Below are positions 1 to 12,212 of a stretch of DNA of 64,000 nt, in pieces (the first letter of the stretch is position 1; every line of letters starts with the position of its first letter). The stretch comes from Squalus acanthias (Eukaryota), in NCBI GenBank assembly GCA_030390025.1, contig CM059433.1, forward strand, positions 21,020,001 through 21,084,000. The letters are read 5' to 3'. Both the position numbers and the translations under genes were made by a program. Below the pieces are notes generated by a model. It worked only from the letters and a program-made list of their open reading frames with translations, made no database searches and had not been told where the DNA came from.

Positions 1-581
1 TAAAAAGCCAGCACACAATGGAGGGGAATTTAGCTATGCAGCTCAAACTTAAAAAAGAATTATTTTTTTCAGAGTCATCTATTGCTGACTGACATTAATG
101 TAAGCAAATAATACAGAATGCACTGGATATACTGCGATTGGCATAAGATTGCAGTGGAGGGAGGGTTTACTATACTCACTGCATCAAATTATCTATGGTC
201 AGCCTGGAGTTTTGGGTAAAATAAATTCAGCGTGGATTTGAATTTCCATGCTTCTCAGAGATGACATAGGCCTCAATTTTAACCTCAACCCTTTCACCTC
301 GCCCCCCCGCCCCTGCCCCCAACAGGCAGGAAAGGGTCGGGTGAGGGTTTAAAACTTAAAAAATCGAGATCCCGTCTCCAACCCGCCATGTTGTCGGCAG
401 CCATAATATTTACGGCGGCAATTGAGGCCCTGGACGAGACTCCCGCTAAAAGCAGGCGGGGACCTACTTACAATTCAAAAGTCACGGTCTGATGATGTAA
501 TCAGCGCCACAACGTCGTCTTAAGTACAAAAATGAGAAGTCGCACAACACCAGGTTATAGTCCAACAGATTTATTTAAAAT

Positions 582-617
582 TACAAGCTTTCGGAGCTGT
601 CGCCCCTTCCTCAGGTA
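582..617 (-). ncRNA. Minimal hammerhead ribozyme (second PLE family, sense pLTR)
   Basis: Exact reverse complement of 1027-1062. Confidence 0.75.
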
Positions 618-1026
618 GAGTAGCTGTGAGAGAATCTCCCAGAATTCACAATATAAACACAGAAAAATGTATTCAAATCTTTCCCTACATCAAAGACACA
701 CTAAGAGCACAGCCAAGATAATGAGATGTGTCCCAGGGGGTCCAACGTGTCAAAACACCTGCTGGCTGCATATCCTCTGCAGTTGACTTTGGTTCTTGTG
801 TTAGTTTTTTTTTTAAAAAGGCTGGAAAGACCGGCCATGATGTCAAGTCACGTTCTGTATCGTGACATGAACCCGATATCGCGATTGAGGCCATCCTCAT
901 GAGTGCGGAACTTGGCTATCAGTTTCTGCTCTATGATTTTAGTGTGTCTTTGATGTAGGGAAAGATTTGAATACATTTTTTCTGTGTTTATATTGTGAAT
1001 TCTGGGAGATTCTCTCACAGCTACTC

Positions 1027-1062
1027 TACCTGAGGAAGGGGCGACAGCTCCGAAAGCTTGTA
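1027..1062 (+). ncRNA. Minimal hammerhead ribozyme (second PLE family, inverted pLTR)
   Basis: tac-CTGAGGA-a-GGGGC-gaca-GCTCC-GAAA-GCTT-gta, with palindromic helix III AAGCTT. Helix I is only 3 bp. Confidence 0.75.
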
Positions 1063-1444
1063 ATTTTAAATAAATCTGTTGGACTATAACCTGGTGTTGT
1101 GCGACTTCTCATTTTTGTCCACCCCAGTCCAACGCCGGCATCTCCACATCATGACGTCTTAAGTACACGCAGGGGAAGTCCTGCGCTGTCTGCTGCCCGG
1201 CAGAAACATTGACGGAGGAGCCAGCTGGACAGAAGAAGCCCAGGTAAGTTTTAAAACTTTCCCTCTCTTTGAACTCCTCATGAGCCAGGAGGACCAGGAG
1301 TGCTGCCCCCAGCCCCGCAAGGAGTCCTTGGGCCTCCCCAGCCTTTGGCATCCCTCCGATCTTCGGGAATCCCAAGCCCTGGTATTCCCACAATCACAAT
1401 ATGAAAAGGCAAACCACAGTCTTCCCCACAATCCGCAAAGGGAA

Positions 1445-2612
1445 TCACTTTGCTCAGTTTCGGTTCCGCCAGAACCACTCAGCTCCAGACCTCATTACAG
1501 TCTTGGTCCAAACATGGACAAAAGAGCTGAATTCCAGAGGTGAGGGAAGAGTGACAGCCCTTGACATCAAGGCAGCATTTGACTGAGTGCGACATCAATG
1601 ATTCCTAGTCAAACTGTCGTCAATGGGGATCAGAGGGAAAACTCTCCAGTGGCTGGAGTCATACCTAGCACAAAGGAAGGTAGTTTTCAGGCCAATCATC
1701 TCAGCCCCAGGACATCTCTTCAGGAGTTCCTCAGGGCAGTGTCCTACACTCAACCATCTTCAGCTACTTCATCAAGACTCTCTCCATTATAAGGTCAGAA
1801 GCAGGGTTGCTGGTTGATGAATGCACAGTGTTTAGCTCCATTCACAAATACTTAGATAATGAAGCAGTCCATGTTCACCAAGTGTCAGGAATTACCATCT
1901 CCAACAAGAGAGAGCCATTATACCTCCCCTTGACATTGAATGGCATTTCCATCATCGAATCCTCCACCATGAACATCTTGGGGCACCACTGTCCAGAAAC
2001 TCATCAGGACCAGTCACATAAATACCGTGGCTCCTAGAGCAGTTCTAAGGCTGGGTATTCCACGGTGCATGGCCCACCTCCTGGCTCTCCAAAGCTTTTC
2101 TGCCACCTCCAAGGCACAAGTCAGGAGTGTGATGGAATACTCTCCCCTTAGCTGGATGGGTACATCTGCAGCAACACTCAATAAGATCAACACCATCAAG
2201 GGCAAAGCATTCACTTGATTGGCATCCCATCCATCAGCTTAAGCAGCCCCTCCCTCCACCACCAAAACACAGTGGTTGCAGTATGTAATATCTATAGGTG
2301 CAGCAACTCACCAAAGTTTATTTGACAGCACCTCCCAAACCCACAACCTCCACCACCTAGAAAGACAAAGGCAGCAGGTGCATGGGAACACCACCACCTC
2401 CAAGTCACACACCATTCCAACATGGACATATGTTGCCAGTCCTTCATCATCATTGGGTCAAAATCCTGGAACTCACTACCTAACAGCAGTGTGGGAGCAC
2501 CTTCACCACACAGACTGCAGCGGCCCATCGCCATCACCTCCTGAAGGGCAACTGGGGGTGGGCAATAAATGTTGACTTTGCTAGCGACACCTATATCCCG
2601 AGAATGAATTTT
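1445..2612 (+). mobile_element. Degenerate LINE 3' portion (CR1/L2 group RT)
   Basis: Frameshifted RT fragments QFRFRQNHSAPDLIT, VTALDIKAAFD, MGIRGKTLQWLESYL and KAQVRSVMEYSPLSW. The 3' end is homologous to 21300-21405. Confidence 0.8.
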
Positions 2613-2937
2613 AATAAGGGAGGAGCGGTCTGTCTCCACTGGTATTAACGGGACTGTGTCACATAAGTAAAGTGACTTAAAAGTAGTGGTGTGAGGGATA
2701 GAAGTGAGGAAAAGAATTTACCAGATGGCAGTGTTACAAGTAACATCACAACAGGCTGTTTGTGAAGAACATGAACCACATCAGAGCAAAAGAAACTTGA
2801 TCTTCTCCCTGACATGTTGATCAAATTGGAAATGGGTACAAAGAGTGGAGAGGAACTACAGACAAATGCAGTTCTGAGTTTCATTATTTGACAATGAATA
2901 AATTATTCAAAGCAGGAGCCCAGAACCTTGCAAGAGC

Positions 2938-3100
2938 AAAGGAATACTAACTTTCAAAAGGGAATTGGATATATACTTGAAGGGGGAGAATTTGTAGGGC
3001 TACAGGGAAAGGGCAGGAGAGTGGGACTAATTGGATAGCTCTTTCAAAGAGCTGGCACAGGCACAATGGCCACCTTCTGTGTTGTATGATCCTATGATTG
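2938..3100 (+). mobile_element. CR1-type LINE/SINE 3' tail fragment
   Basis: Resembles the CR1 ORF2 end and 3' UTR, finishing in (TATGAT)-like repeats. Confidence 0.6.
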
Positions 3101-5179
3101 TAAGAAGAAATTAGGAGTTTCTATTGAGAACATGAATTACATAACAAATATAACACATTTTTAAAAATTTGTTACAAAGAGAATCCTCACCTTGTGTTGT
3201 CTGTACCATATACATTTGAACTCATTAGGCAGCAGGTGACATTCCCCTCGCCTACATGAACACAAATACATTTGGGTTTATTTGCTGTTTTTGTTTTTAA
3301 AGGCGCACTGTCATCTGCTGAAGCACCTTGCAAACATAAGTGCACCGAATTAGCAATTCATCAGTCCTGTGAAAATTCAAGTTCAGTCAAAACTAATTTT
3401 AAACAAATTGCAAAAAAAACATTGAAGCACCATCTGGCACTGTTCAGAATTACCCCTGACTCTGACATGGCTGACTTTTAGTTACAATTCTGCACAGGGA
3501 TATTCATGGCTTTTCTGCAATGTAGTTTGCCTGAATACTCCGCTATAAAAGCAGCAGTTTGAACTTAAAAGGAAATAATGTAGCCCTCTCTCCAGTATGT
3601 TCCCCCATTATTGCAGTGAATGTAATAATTTTTTTATGCAGCATTCTTGAAGATATATGATGGCTCAGCGATAGTGCGAATATGAAAGGCCCATAGCTCA
3701 GGAATGTCACAGACTTGAGTGACTTGGGAAGGTTTTCTATTGAGTGAAAGCATAACTGGAATGTACCATCAACCGTTAAATTATCCTATTGTATGGATTA
3801 GAGTTTGAAATCAAATCAGTTGTGTATGCCCTGTCGGGCCGATTCATATATGTAAAGCAAAAAAGTCCTGTGTCTAGTTTGCATCTGTCATACACTGTAC
3901 ATCATATTTTCTTACAGATGGGAAAATAATTTTTTTTAAATGGGAAAGCCAGTCATTGACATGGAACCTGAAATTTACAAGCGCTTGATAATCTGCAAGG
4001 TTCCCTCGCCAAAGAACAATTTACTCGCTTAACAAGGAGACTTTCTGGGTTTAAAGGGACACAGCTCCATCTTAGCCGTAGAATGATACGTTGTGCAATA
4101 CTCTTGTCTCTAAAGAACAGCGTGTCATCTGACATACTGTGACAATGCTGAGGGGGATCCACTAGTACTATTTATCTTGATTAGTTTAAAATATCACCTT
4201 TTAAGAACTGTAAAAATACCACAAATGCTCACAGAATCGAACCTATATGCAGAGAAAATCAAATCAGATTTAACATGATCACAATGCAATTTTTATTTTA
4301 GTTCAATGAAAACATCCAAAGATGAAAATCTTAAGAGTTGAGCATTTCTTGCAATTTCAGGTTTTTTTTTTAAAGAGACACCTCCAGAACCTAGCTGGTC
4401 AAACATGTGGATGTAGTAGTTGGTTTAATACTGTTGGGAAAATATGAATGTGCTCAGTTCTGTGGCCTATTGACAGTAATAGATTGCAAATGACATGGGA
4501 AATGATGGATTGTATCCCAGTGCAGCTGAACAAATGTATAATTTGTAGCGATAGAAATTACTTTCACTGGAAAACCTAAGTGAAGGGCCCAGCGCAGGAC
4601 GTCACCTGGGTCGAAAAAGTAGAACAGACGAAAAAGCAAAAATAGTGAATGAGTTTGGCTTTTAAAAGACACGGAGGAATGCAAGTGAGGGAGGCTACGA
4701 GCTCCACAATTCCACAATGTTGAGATCCTCAGTAAGAATAAGTTAGGTTCAAGAGAATTGTTTCACTGCCCATTTATGCTAACAGAACCCTGAATGTTGC
4801 CCCAGATGGAGAGAAGGGGAACTCAGTCAAGCTGCCTCAGTGCGCTGCTTAATGACCAGCTCGAATGGTATATTCTGTATAAAGCTAATACAATTTTTAT
4901 TGCTCACCTTTTATAAATTTGTGTTATAAAATTAATATAGCATCAACATCCAACTGTTTGACTGATTTTTTTTTCCAGCACTGCATCCTTAGGGAATTTA
5001 AAGGAGATATCAATATAAAGGAATTTGAGATTGTCTTTTCAAAAGTGCAAACTTTGAACTTCCCTGATGGCTTATGGATAGATGGGCAGCTCAGTATGTA
5101 ACTGAGCTTGACTGACTAGGGAAATCCTAGTTCAATTTCACTGTGTGCTGAGTTTGCTGATCCCAGCCATGATGGCACC

Positions 5180-5550
5180 AACAACAACAGCAACTTGCAT
5201 TTATACAGCGCCTTTAACGTAGTAAAATGTCCCATGGTGCATCACAGGAGTATAATCAGACAAAATTTTACACCGGGCCACAGAAGGATATATTAGGGCA
5301 GGTGACCAAAAGCTTCGTCAAAGAGGTGGGTTTTAAGGAGCGTCTTAAAGGAGGGGGAGAGAGGTGGAGAAGTGCAGAGGTTTAGGGAGGGAATGCCAGA
5401 GCTTAGGGGCTAGACGGCTGAAGGTATGGCTGCCAATGGAGGGCCAAAGGAAACCGAGGATGCACAAAACGCCAGAATTGGAGCAACATAGAGTTCTTGG
5501 AGGGTTGGAGGGCAGGAGGAGGTCACAGAAGTAGGGAGGGGCGAGGCCAT
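5180..5550 (-). mobile_element. L2 LINE 3' fragment
   Basis: (CAA)n tail and AACTTGCATTTATACAGCGCCTTT. Homologous to the reverse complement of 13625-14004. Confidence 0.85.
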
Positions 5551-8362
5551 TTGTTGCAATTGGTCTGGTGTGATGATATGCTATGTTGATGACAGGATTG
5601 AAGCCTGCTGCGATGCCCATTACAGTTGAATTGCTTGATGACACTCACTGTTTAGGTTCACACATGAAGCATGGTACTGGAGGGCAGCTGGGACTGCAGA
5701 ATGACTGGGTGCTTTTAGGAGAAAAAAGAGAGGAGAAAAAGCGAGAGAGGAAAAACAAGAGTTAAAAAAAACTACAGAAGATTTTGTTTCATATAAAACA
5801 TTTCAAAAAGACGCCGGAAACCTTTTAAACACAGCGGCATTCGAAAGATCACAGCGCCCATATCTATTGGCATCTCAGATACGCATTTTTTCACAAGCAG
5901 GAATTCTTGGCTTGTAGATCAGAACTCTCCAAATGACGACCTCCCTTTAAAGGAAATTGCAGCTCAGTCGCTCTGCCTGGTGCAGGGGGCGACGACAGCT
6001 TTCATGACTGGTGCCTGCTCTCTCTCTCTCTCCACTTGTGTCGGGAGGTCACTCACTCCCTTGCTTTCTGCTTCTGAAGAATGGCCTGAGCAGCAGGGGG
6101 TGACTCTCGCACCTAATCGGCTGGACTGCAGCAACCTGCTGGGTCACCTGGTTGCCGCTTGCATCGAAAACTGTTTTGTTGTCCTGCTGTGTAAATACAG
6201 CAGCAGCAACAAAAGGTCATTTAGTACACATGTCTCTGAGGGCAGTTCTGTCACTTCACCGGGTTCAAACAGCGCGGTTTACATTATGCATAGTTGAGAA
6301 GATAGTACCACCATGGTTTCTATTTTTATCGGCAACATTTATCAAACCAAGTTGCAGGTTCATCCTAAGTTAGCAACATGCCAGCCACTGAGGTAGACAT
6401 CTGTGGCTGTTTTCCTTGCTTAACTAATTGCCGTGAGCAGCTGTGTCACTCCTGACATTAATTCCTCGAACATTACTGGCACACTAGTTTGCCAAATTGA
6501 TTGTTGGGAATTCGTAGCAGCAGATCGGTCCACAGTTCAGACATCACTTGCAATGCAATTCCTCCGAGGCGGAAATCTGTGCTTTGAGCAGTGTGCAGTC
6601 GTTGACAGCGCAGCGAGACCGCGTGCAAATAGCTCCAGTGGGCCGAATGTTTTAGACTCGTGCTGCAGCCTGACAGCAGCTCTGGCAAAAGCTGACCTCA
6701 GTTTTTGGAAATGTCCTGAGCTTTGTGATCCTTAACACGGTTCGTCCATGATAAGATCAAACTAATGTTCAGACCATCATTTTCCTCGCCTCAGTGAGGC
6801 TGACCTTCGTATGGTTCCATATCGCTCTGAATGACAAAATAAATCAAGTCATGTTGCTGCACTTGTTGGTCACTTGTTAACTTCAACTGTACCACTGTTG
6901 CTCATTGTAGTTTGTGCGGATATTTTATACAGCACCATTTTCTTTTCCTCGTTTAAACACGATTTAAGTAACTTTTAGGGAAAGGCTGACAGGTTGCTGA
7001 GAGTGAATCTGCGCCTTGCTTTAATTAATGTCCTCGATAAAATAAAAACCATTGCAGTATTCTTCTCGACTGTGCATAATGTAAACTCTGGTGTTTAACC
7101 TGGTGAACTAGCAGAGATATGGTGACCTTTTGTTGCTGTTTGCTACGCATAACAAATTGTAAATGTGTTTGTTATACATTCATTTGACGTTTTGCTGGTA
7201 AATAGCAAACAGCAGGAATCTTGCCACTTATGTGTTTCATAATGTGCCATTGTGTAAACTGTTTTTGGAAATTTGAACCCTGACTCTGTGATAGGTCAAT
7301 GTCCAGTCCAGTTATTTGTCAAATAATAACTATTGCAATCCTTATGGGGATTTCTGACTTGACAATAGACTGGCTATTAAGCGTACTTCTTTTGTGATAT
7401 CTATGTGTCTTACAGCAGCAGGGGATACTCGCCTGATGCTGGCTGGTATGTCCCCGCTGCATAGCTCCCCTAGCGCCTGGACATGTGAGAGGCCAGAATA
7501 ACTCAGCGTGCGTTTGATTGTGTGCATCGCGTATATTTTTCATTTACAAATGTTGTCAGGTTTCCGTTAATTATTTTTATGCCAGGCAGAAGAGTTGGCA
7601 GCATTTTGCTATCTTTGAAGAAGCAAATGTCTCTTGGGGAGAATTGTGATAAAATTGTGTCATTACATAAGGACTTTAATGCAGACACAAACACTGCACA
7701 GAGAACTGAGGTTGCTAAAGGGCACATCTTACTGCCATTCCTGATGTGTCTGACATTAATGTTTAAGTAGCTCAAAGATTCTCTTGAATAGCTCAGTAAT
7801 TCTGATATACTTAACTGAATTACAACCCTGTAAAGATATATATGTAGTGGTGTTTTGTTTTGAATTCACGGTAGTTTTTTGGCTATTCACATTCTGTATT
7901 TATTTGGGTGTTGGTGGGGTTGTCCTGAATGAAATTATTAGCAGAAACATTTCAACAAGGACATGATAAAACATATAATGAGCAAAGGCTGTTTGGATCA
8001 TACACTTTATTCCTAATTTAGTTAACCTTCTGAGGGAGCGGAGCAGCCACTGACTGCAGCTTTGGCAAGAGATTGTTCTCTGCCCTTGTCATTCATGTAT
8101 GTCCTCTTCACGCCCGCTGCCATTGTATCATTCCGCTGCTCTTGCTTCCTCTGCCAGGAAGGTGATTTGGTCGAGGCCACATGCATCTCTCCTCACTGAC
8201 TGCTCTGTGCTCCTTTGTAATTGGCTGAAGGTAGGAATTCCAGGAGTTGAGACTCGTCCGAACAAAACTTTCCCCTGAAGGAAAGATTGGGGTAGATTTT
8301 CAGCTTCCCCTCCTGGGCAGCAATCTGGTGGGGTGGCTGTGGCTCATCGGCCCTTTATAAAA

Positions 8363-10130
8363 ACAAAAACAACTTGCATTTATATAGCGCCTTTATCGTA
8401 TTAAAGGGCGCGATCTTGCCAGCCCTGGGGAGGCGGGAATGGAGGCGGGACTGCCGGGAAAATGGCAGAATCTGGGGGCGGGTGCCCAACCCGCCTCCGT
8501 GCCATCTTGCCAGGAGGCAGGTAGCCGACCCCTGCCGGGTCCCATCTCCTTGGAGGCGGGAAGGAGATTAGTGCCACTTATCTGCCTGTTAACAGATAGT
8601 TAACAGGCAGATAAGAGGATTATCCCCATTTTACCCACACAAGTGTGGGCTTCCCGAAGGCTGGGAACCCCGCCAGGATCACCGAGGTGAGCAGTGGGTC
8701 TGCGGGGGTCGGAGGGGTACAAAAGTGCACTGTGAAGGTAAGTGATGGGTGCAAGTGTGGAGAGGTGAGTATGTGAGGTAAGTGGAAAGTGTTAGTAAAA
8801 GTTTACTTACCTTTGTTTCTTCCTGCAGGCTTCAAGAGTTGGGTATGTGGAGAGTCTCGCACCTCCACGGCAGAGATGACAGGTGGCCGTTGCATTCTCC
8901 AATGCAGCAACCATCTAATTTCTGCTAAATAAAGAGGTTTGATGAGTCTTGAATTCAAGAACTCATCAAACTACAGAGAATGTCAGTGTTTGACAGCTTC
9001 ACAGAGCTGTCAAACGATGACAATTCATCTGTCGAAAATTTTTGGCAGATGAAACATCATACATTGACATTCTCTGTAACCGGCTTCCCCTTATTTGGCC
9101 TGCTAAGCCCGCTAGGCGGGCTTAACAAGGTCAATCAAGGGAAAATAGCATGGGTTGGCCAGAAGTTGATGGAGGCGGGACTAAAACCCGACAAGTGGGA
9201 GTCCCGCCACCAAAAACTCCCCATTGGCAAAATCCCGCCCAAAATGTTCCAAGGCGCTTCACAGGAGCGCTTTCAAACAAAAGTTAACACCGTGTCACAT
9301 AAGGAGATATTAGGTCAGGTGACCAATAGCTTGGCCAAAGAGTTTTAGGGAGCGTCTTAAAGGAGGCGAGAGGGGTAGAGAGGAGGAGAGGTTTAGGGAG
9401 GGAATTCTGGAGCTTAGGGCCTAGGCAGCTGAAGGCATGGCCACCAAGGTTGAAGCAATTAAAATCAGGGATACGCAAGAGGCCAGAATTGGAGGAGTGG
9501 TCAACCATTTCAAAGGCTGCAGACAGGTCTAAAAGGACGAGGAGGGGTAGTTTACCATGGTCACAGTCACATAGGATGTTATTTGTGACTTTGATCCGAA
9601 CCGTTTTGGTACTGTGTCAGGGACGGAAACCTAATTTGAGGGAATCAAACATGGAGTTCCGGGAAAGATGGGCACGAATTTGGGAGACGACAGCATGTTC
9701 AAGGACTTTGGAAAGGAAAGGGAGGTTGGAGATGGGGTTGTAATTTGCAAGGACAGAGGTGTCAAGGGCTGTTTTTTTGAGGAGAGGGGTGACGATGGCA
9801 GATTTGAAGGGGAGGGGGATAGTACCTGAGGAGACATAAGCGTTAACAATATCAACTAACATGTGGGCCAGGAAGGGAAGTTGGGTGGTCAGCAGTTTGG
9901 TGGAAATAGGGTCGAGGGAGCAGGAGGTGGGTCTCATGGACAAGATGAGTTTGTAAAGGCATGAGGGGAGTTAGGAGAGAAACTAGGTGAAGTTGTGAGT
10001 TCAGAGCTAGGGCAGGGGGGAACCTTAGAGGAAGTTTGGCCTAGTGGGCTAGGGGAAGAGAGGGAAGCGACAGAGGCAGCTGAACAGATGGTCTCAACCT
10101 TAGTCTCAAGGAAGTCCATGAGCTCCTCAC
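8363..10130 (-). mobile_element. L2 LINE, internally deleted and interrupted by a MITE at 8406-9240
   Basis: 3' tail at 8363-8405 and 9241-9497. ORF2 fragment 9617-9943 reads PTSCSLDPISTKLL...NYNPISNLPFLSKVLE. Confidence 0.85.
8406..9240 (+). mobile_element. PIF/Harbinger-type non-autonomous element (family H1)
   Basis: TIRs GGGCGCGATCTTGCCA / TGGCAAAATCCCGCCC (14/16) with a 3-bp TSD AAA. The L2 sequence resumes on both sides. Collinear with 30624-31610. Confidence 0.85.
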
Positions 10131-10148
10131 AAAGGAATAGACCCACTG

Positions 10149-10455
10149 AAGAAAGAAAGAACTTGCACTTATATAGCACCTTTCACAACCACAGGATGTC
10201 CCAAAGCACTTTTCAGCCGATAAAGTACTTTTGAAGTGTAGTCACTATTGAAATGTAGGAGAAAACGTGGCAGCTAACTTACGCACAGCAAACTCCAAAC
10301 AGCAGTGAAATGAACAACGAGATCATTTTTTTTTGTGATTTTGGTTGTTAAATATTGGCCCGGACACCTCCCCTGCTCTTCTTCAAAATAGTGCCACGGG
10401 ATGTTTTACGTTCACACGAGAGGGTGCTTTGGTTTAACGTCTCATCTGAAAGATG
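10149..10455 (-). mobile_element. Deu-domain SINE with L2 tail, 5'-truncated
   Basis: Homologous to 19094-19400. Confidence 0.8.
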
Positions 10456-10459
10456 AAAC

Positions 10460-11015
10460 ACTAGTCCATCTAGCCAGTCCCATACAGTTGTGTTGCCCTA
10501 TACATCATGATACAGACACACTCTACTCACCCAGAGCCATGCAATCTCCTGGGAGAGCTGTAAAACCAGACAAAAAACCCATGCCAATAAGGGAAAAGAA
10601 ATCTGGAACATTCCTCTCTGACACCTTAAGGCAATCAAAACTAGTCCAGGAGATCACATAGACCTTAATTTATATTACAGCGTACCTACCTCTTGTATGA
10701 GGTGATGTCCATTCCGGCTAGATACTCCAACTCTCTCTTGAAGGAATACAGCAAATCAGCATTCCTCGCACGAGTCGGCAACCTGTTCCACGGCTCCAGC
10801 ATTCTCTGGGTAAAGAAGAACCGCCTAACCTCCAACCTAGTTCTGCCATTAGGTAACTTGTAAGTGTGACCCCAGTTCTTCCTAACCTATCCAGTTGAAA
10901 TAATTGGTCCACGTGAACTCAATCTAGTCCATTATTATTATAAACCTCAAATCACCCATGAGTATCCCTTTTCTAAAGTATACAGACCCAGCTCTTTGAG
11001 CCTATCTAGGTAACT
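10460..11015 (-). mobile_element. Old CR1 3' fragment
   Basis: Minus-strand MDQLFQLDRLGRTG... resembles the CR1 ORF2 C-terminus but is highly degenerate. Confidence 0.5.
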
Positions 11016-12212
11016 AAGGTGTACCATCTTTTTTATTTTACCCATTTGAGAAATGAAGTAGAATGATGTTACTCTAAATATATAGCTATATTATATGTCA
11101 TCTTTTGTAAAATAAATTCTCGTGCTATTTTAAACTTAAAATGAGGTCCAATGTGATGCTCTTTTTAAGGAAGGGAATGCGGTCTTATGGGGGCACAAGT
11201 TGAGTCCAGTCGCTCAAACCAGTTGTTGGATACGGTTTGTTGTTCATTTCTCAGGCACATTGCTGAACGTTTACCTAATCTTAAGGCAAGGATATGCATT
11301 CTCAAAGGTATGGGGAGTAGTTATAAAATAAAACAGTTAAATTCATGTCCGTAATTTCTGATTGACGTTGTAGTATTCCAAGCTGCCTGAGATCTTTCTA
11401 GAGCCAGTGGACTGAGTTGTTTTTTTAATTGAAAAAAAAACCTCTTGTACAGGACAACACAAAGGTTGAAAAGCTCGAGAGAAACATGAAGTTGTGGCGG
11501 ATCGCCACCTAAACGGACGCAATCCACCTTTCCGTCCGTGGACAATAAATCGGGCACCTTGCCTTTAAGCGCATGCTGCCTTTAAGGCAGGAGAAAAGGA
11601 GTGGGCGTGGCCTCAGAGTTTTGAGATCAGTTTGTTAGCAGCCATTTTACCAGGCAGATGTAATTAAAAGCTTTGTGTTCCACACATGGACTCGGTGTTA
11701 ATTCATGTTTCGCGGCAGCCACAACAAAGTAAAAGAAAAAATTTGTTGATTTTAGAAGTCTGAAGATAGTAGGAGGAAGGGAAGTTTGAGGCAAGTAAGG
11801 AGTTTGACATTTTTGAGGTTCTGGGAAAGATAGAAAGTTAGAATATGAGACAGTGTGATGAGACTTAATTTCAACACAATGAGGACACAGGAAGGAGAAC
11901 AGACTGTAGTATAGTATACCTTCACCTCCAGGGACAAGAGAAGGAAGGAGGAAAGTTCTATGTAACTCAGCACTAACCATAATATTACAGAAGAATAAGA
12001 TCTAAAAGGTTTGTACCTGATGGAGCTAAAGAGGAGAAAGGAATAACTTATCAGACTACAGACTTTCTCTTGTATTTTGTGCAGGAGTGGAAGAGTGGTT
12101 TGGGAAGAGTCTTCTCATACATGGAAGCAGTGTTCATACCTTGGGTAGATTGGGCTTTACGGAGAGTTAAGAATTGCTGAAGACACAAATCACTAAAAGT
12201 CGTGACACAGGT

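Larger units (their letters stand above)
526..1154 (-). mobile_element. Second PLE family: short 3' fragment with inverted pLTR and tail
   Basis: Inverted repeat of about 179 bp (526-704 vs 939-1118, one indel). Minus strand 940-848 encodes KIIEQKLIAKFRTHEDGLNRDIGFMSRYRT*, resembling a PLE endonuclease C-terminus. Tail at 1119-1154. TSD CGTCTTAAGTACA at 516-528 and 1155-1167. Confidence 0.88.
269..1380. mobile_element. Probable Harbinger-type non-autonomous element interrupted by the PLE insertion
   Basis: Starts GGCCTCAATTTTAACC, similar to the terminus at 27223. GC/CpG-rich. The right end was not found, so boundaries are approximate. Confidence 0.4.

Noticed and set aside
489..500. CTGATGA as another hammerhead core
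   Set aside because: Not followed by helix II and GAAA.
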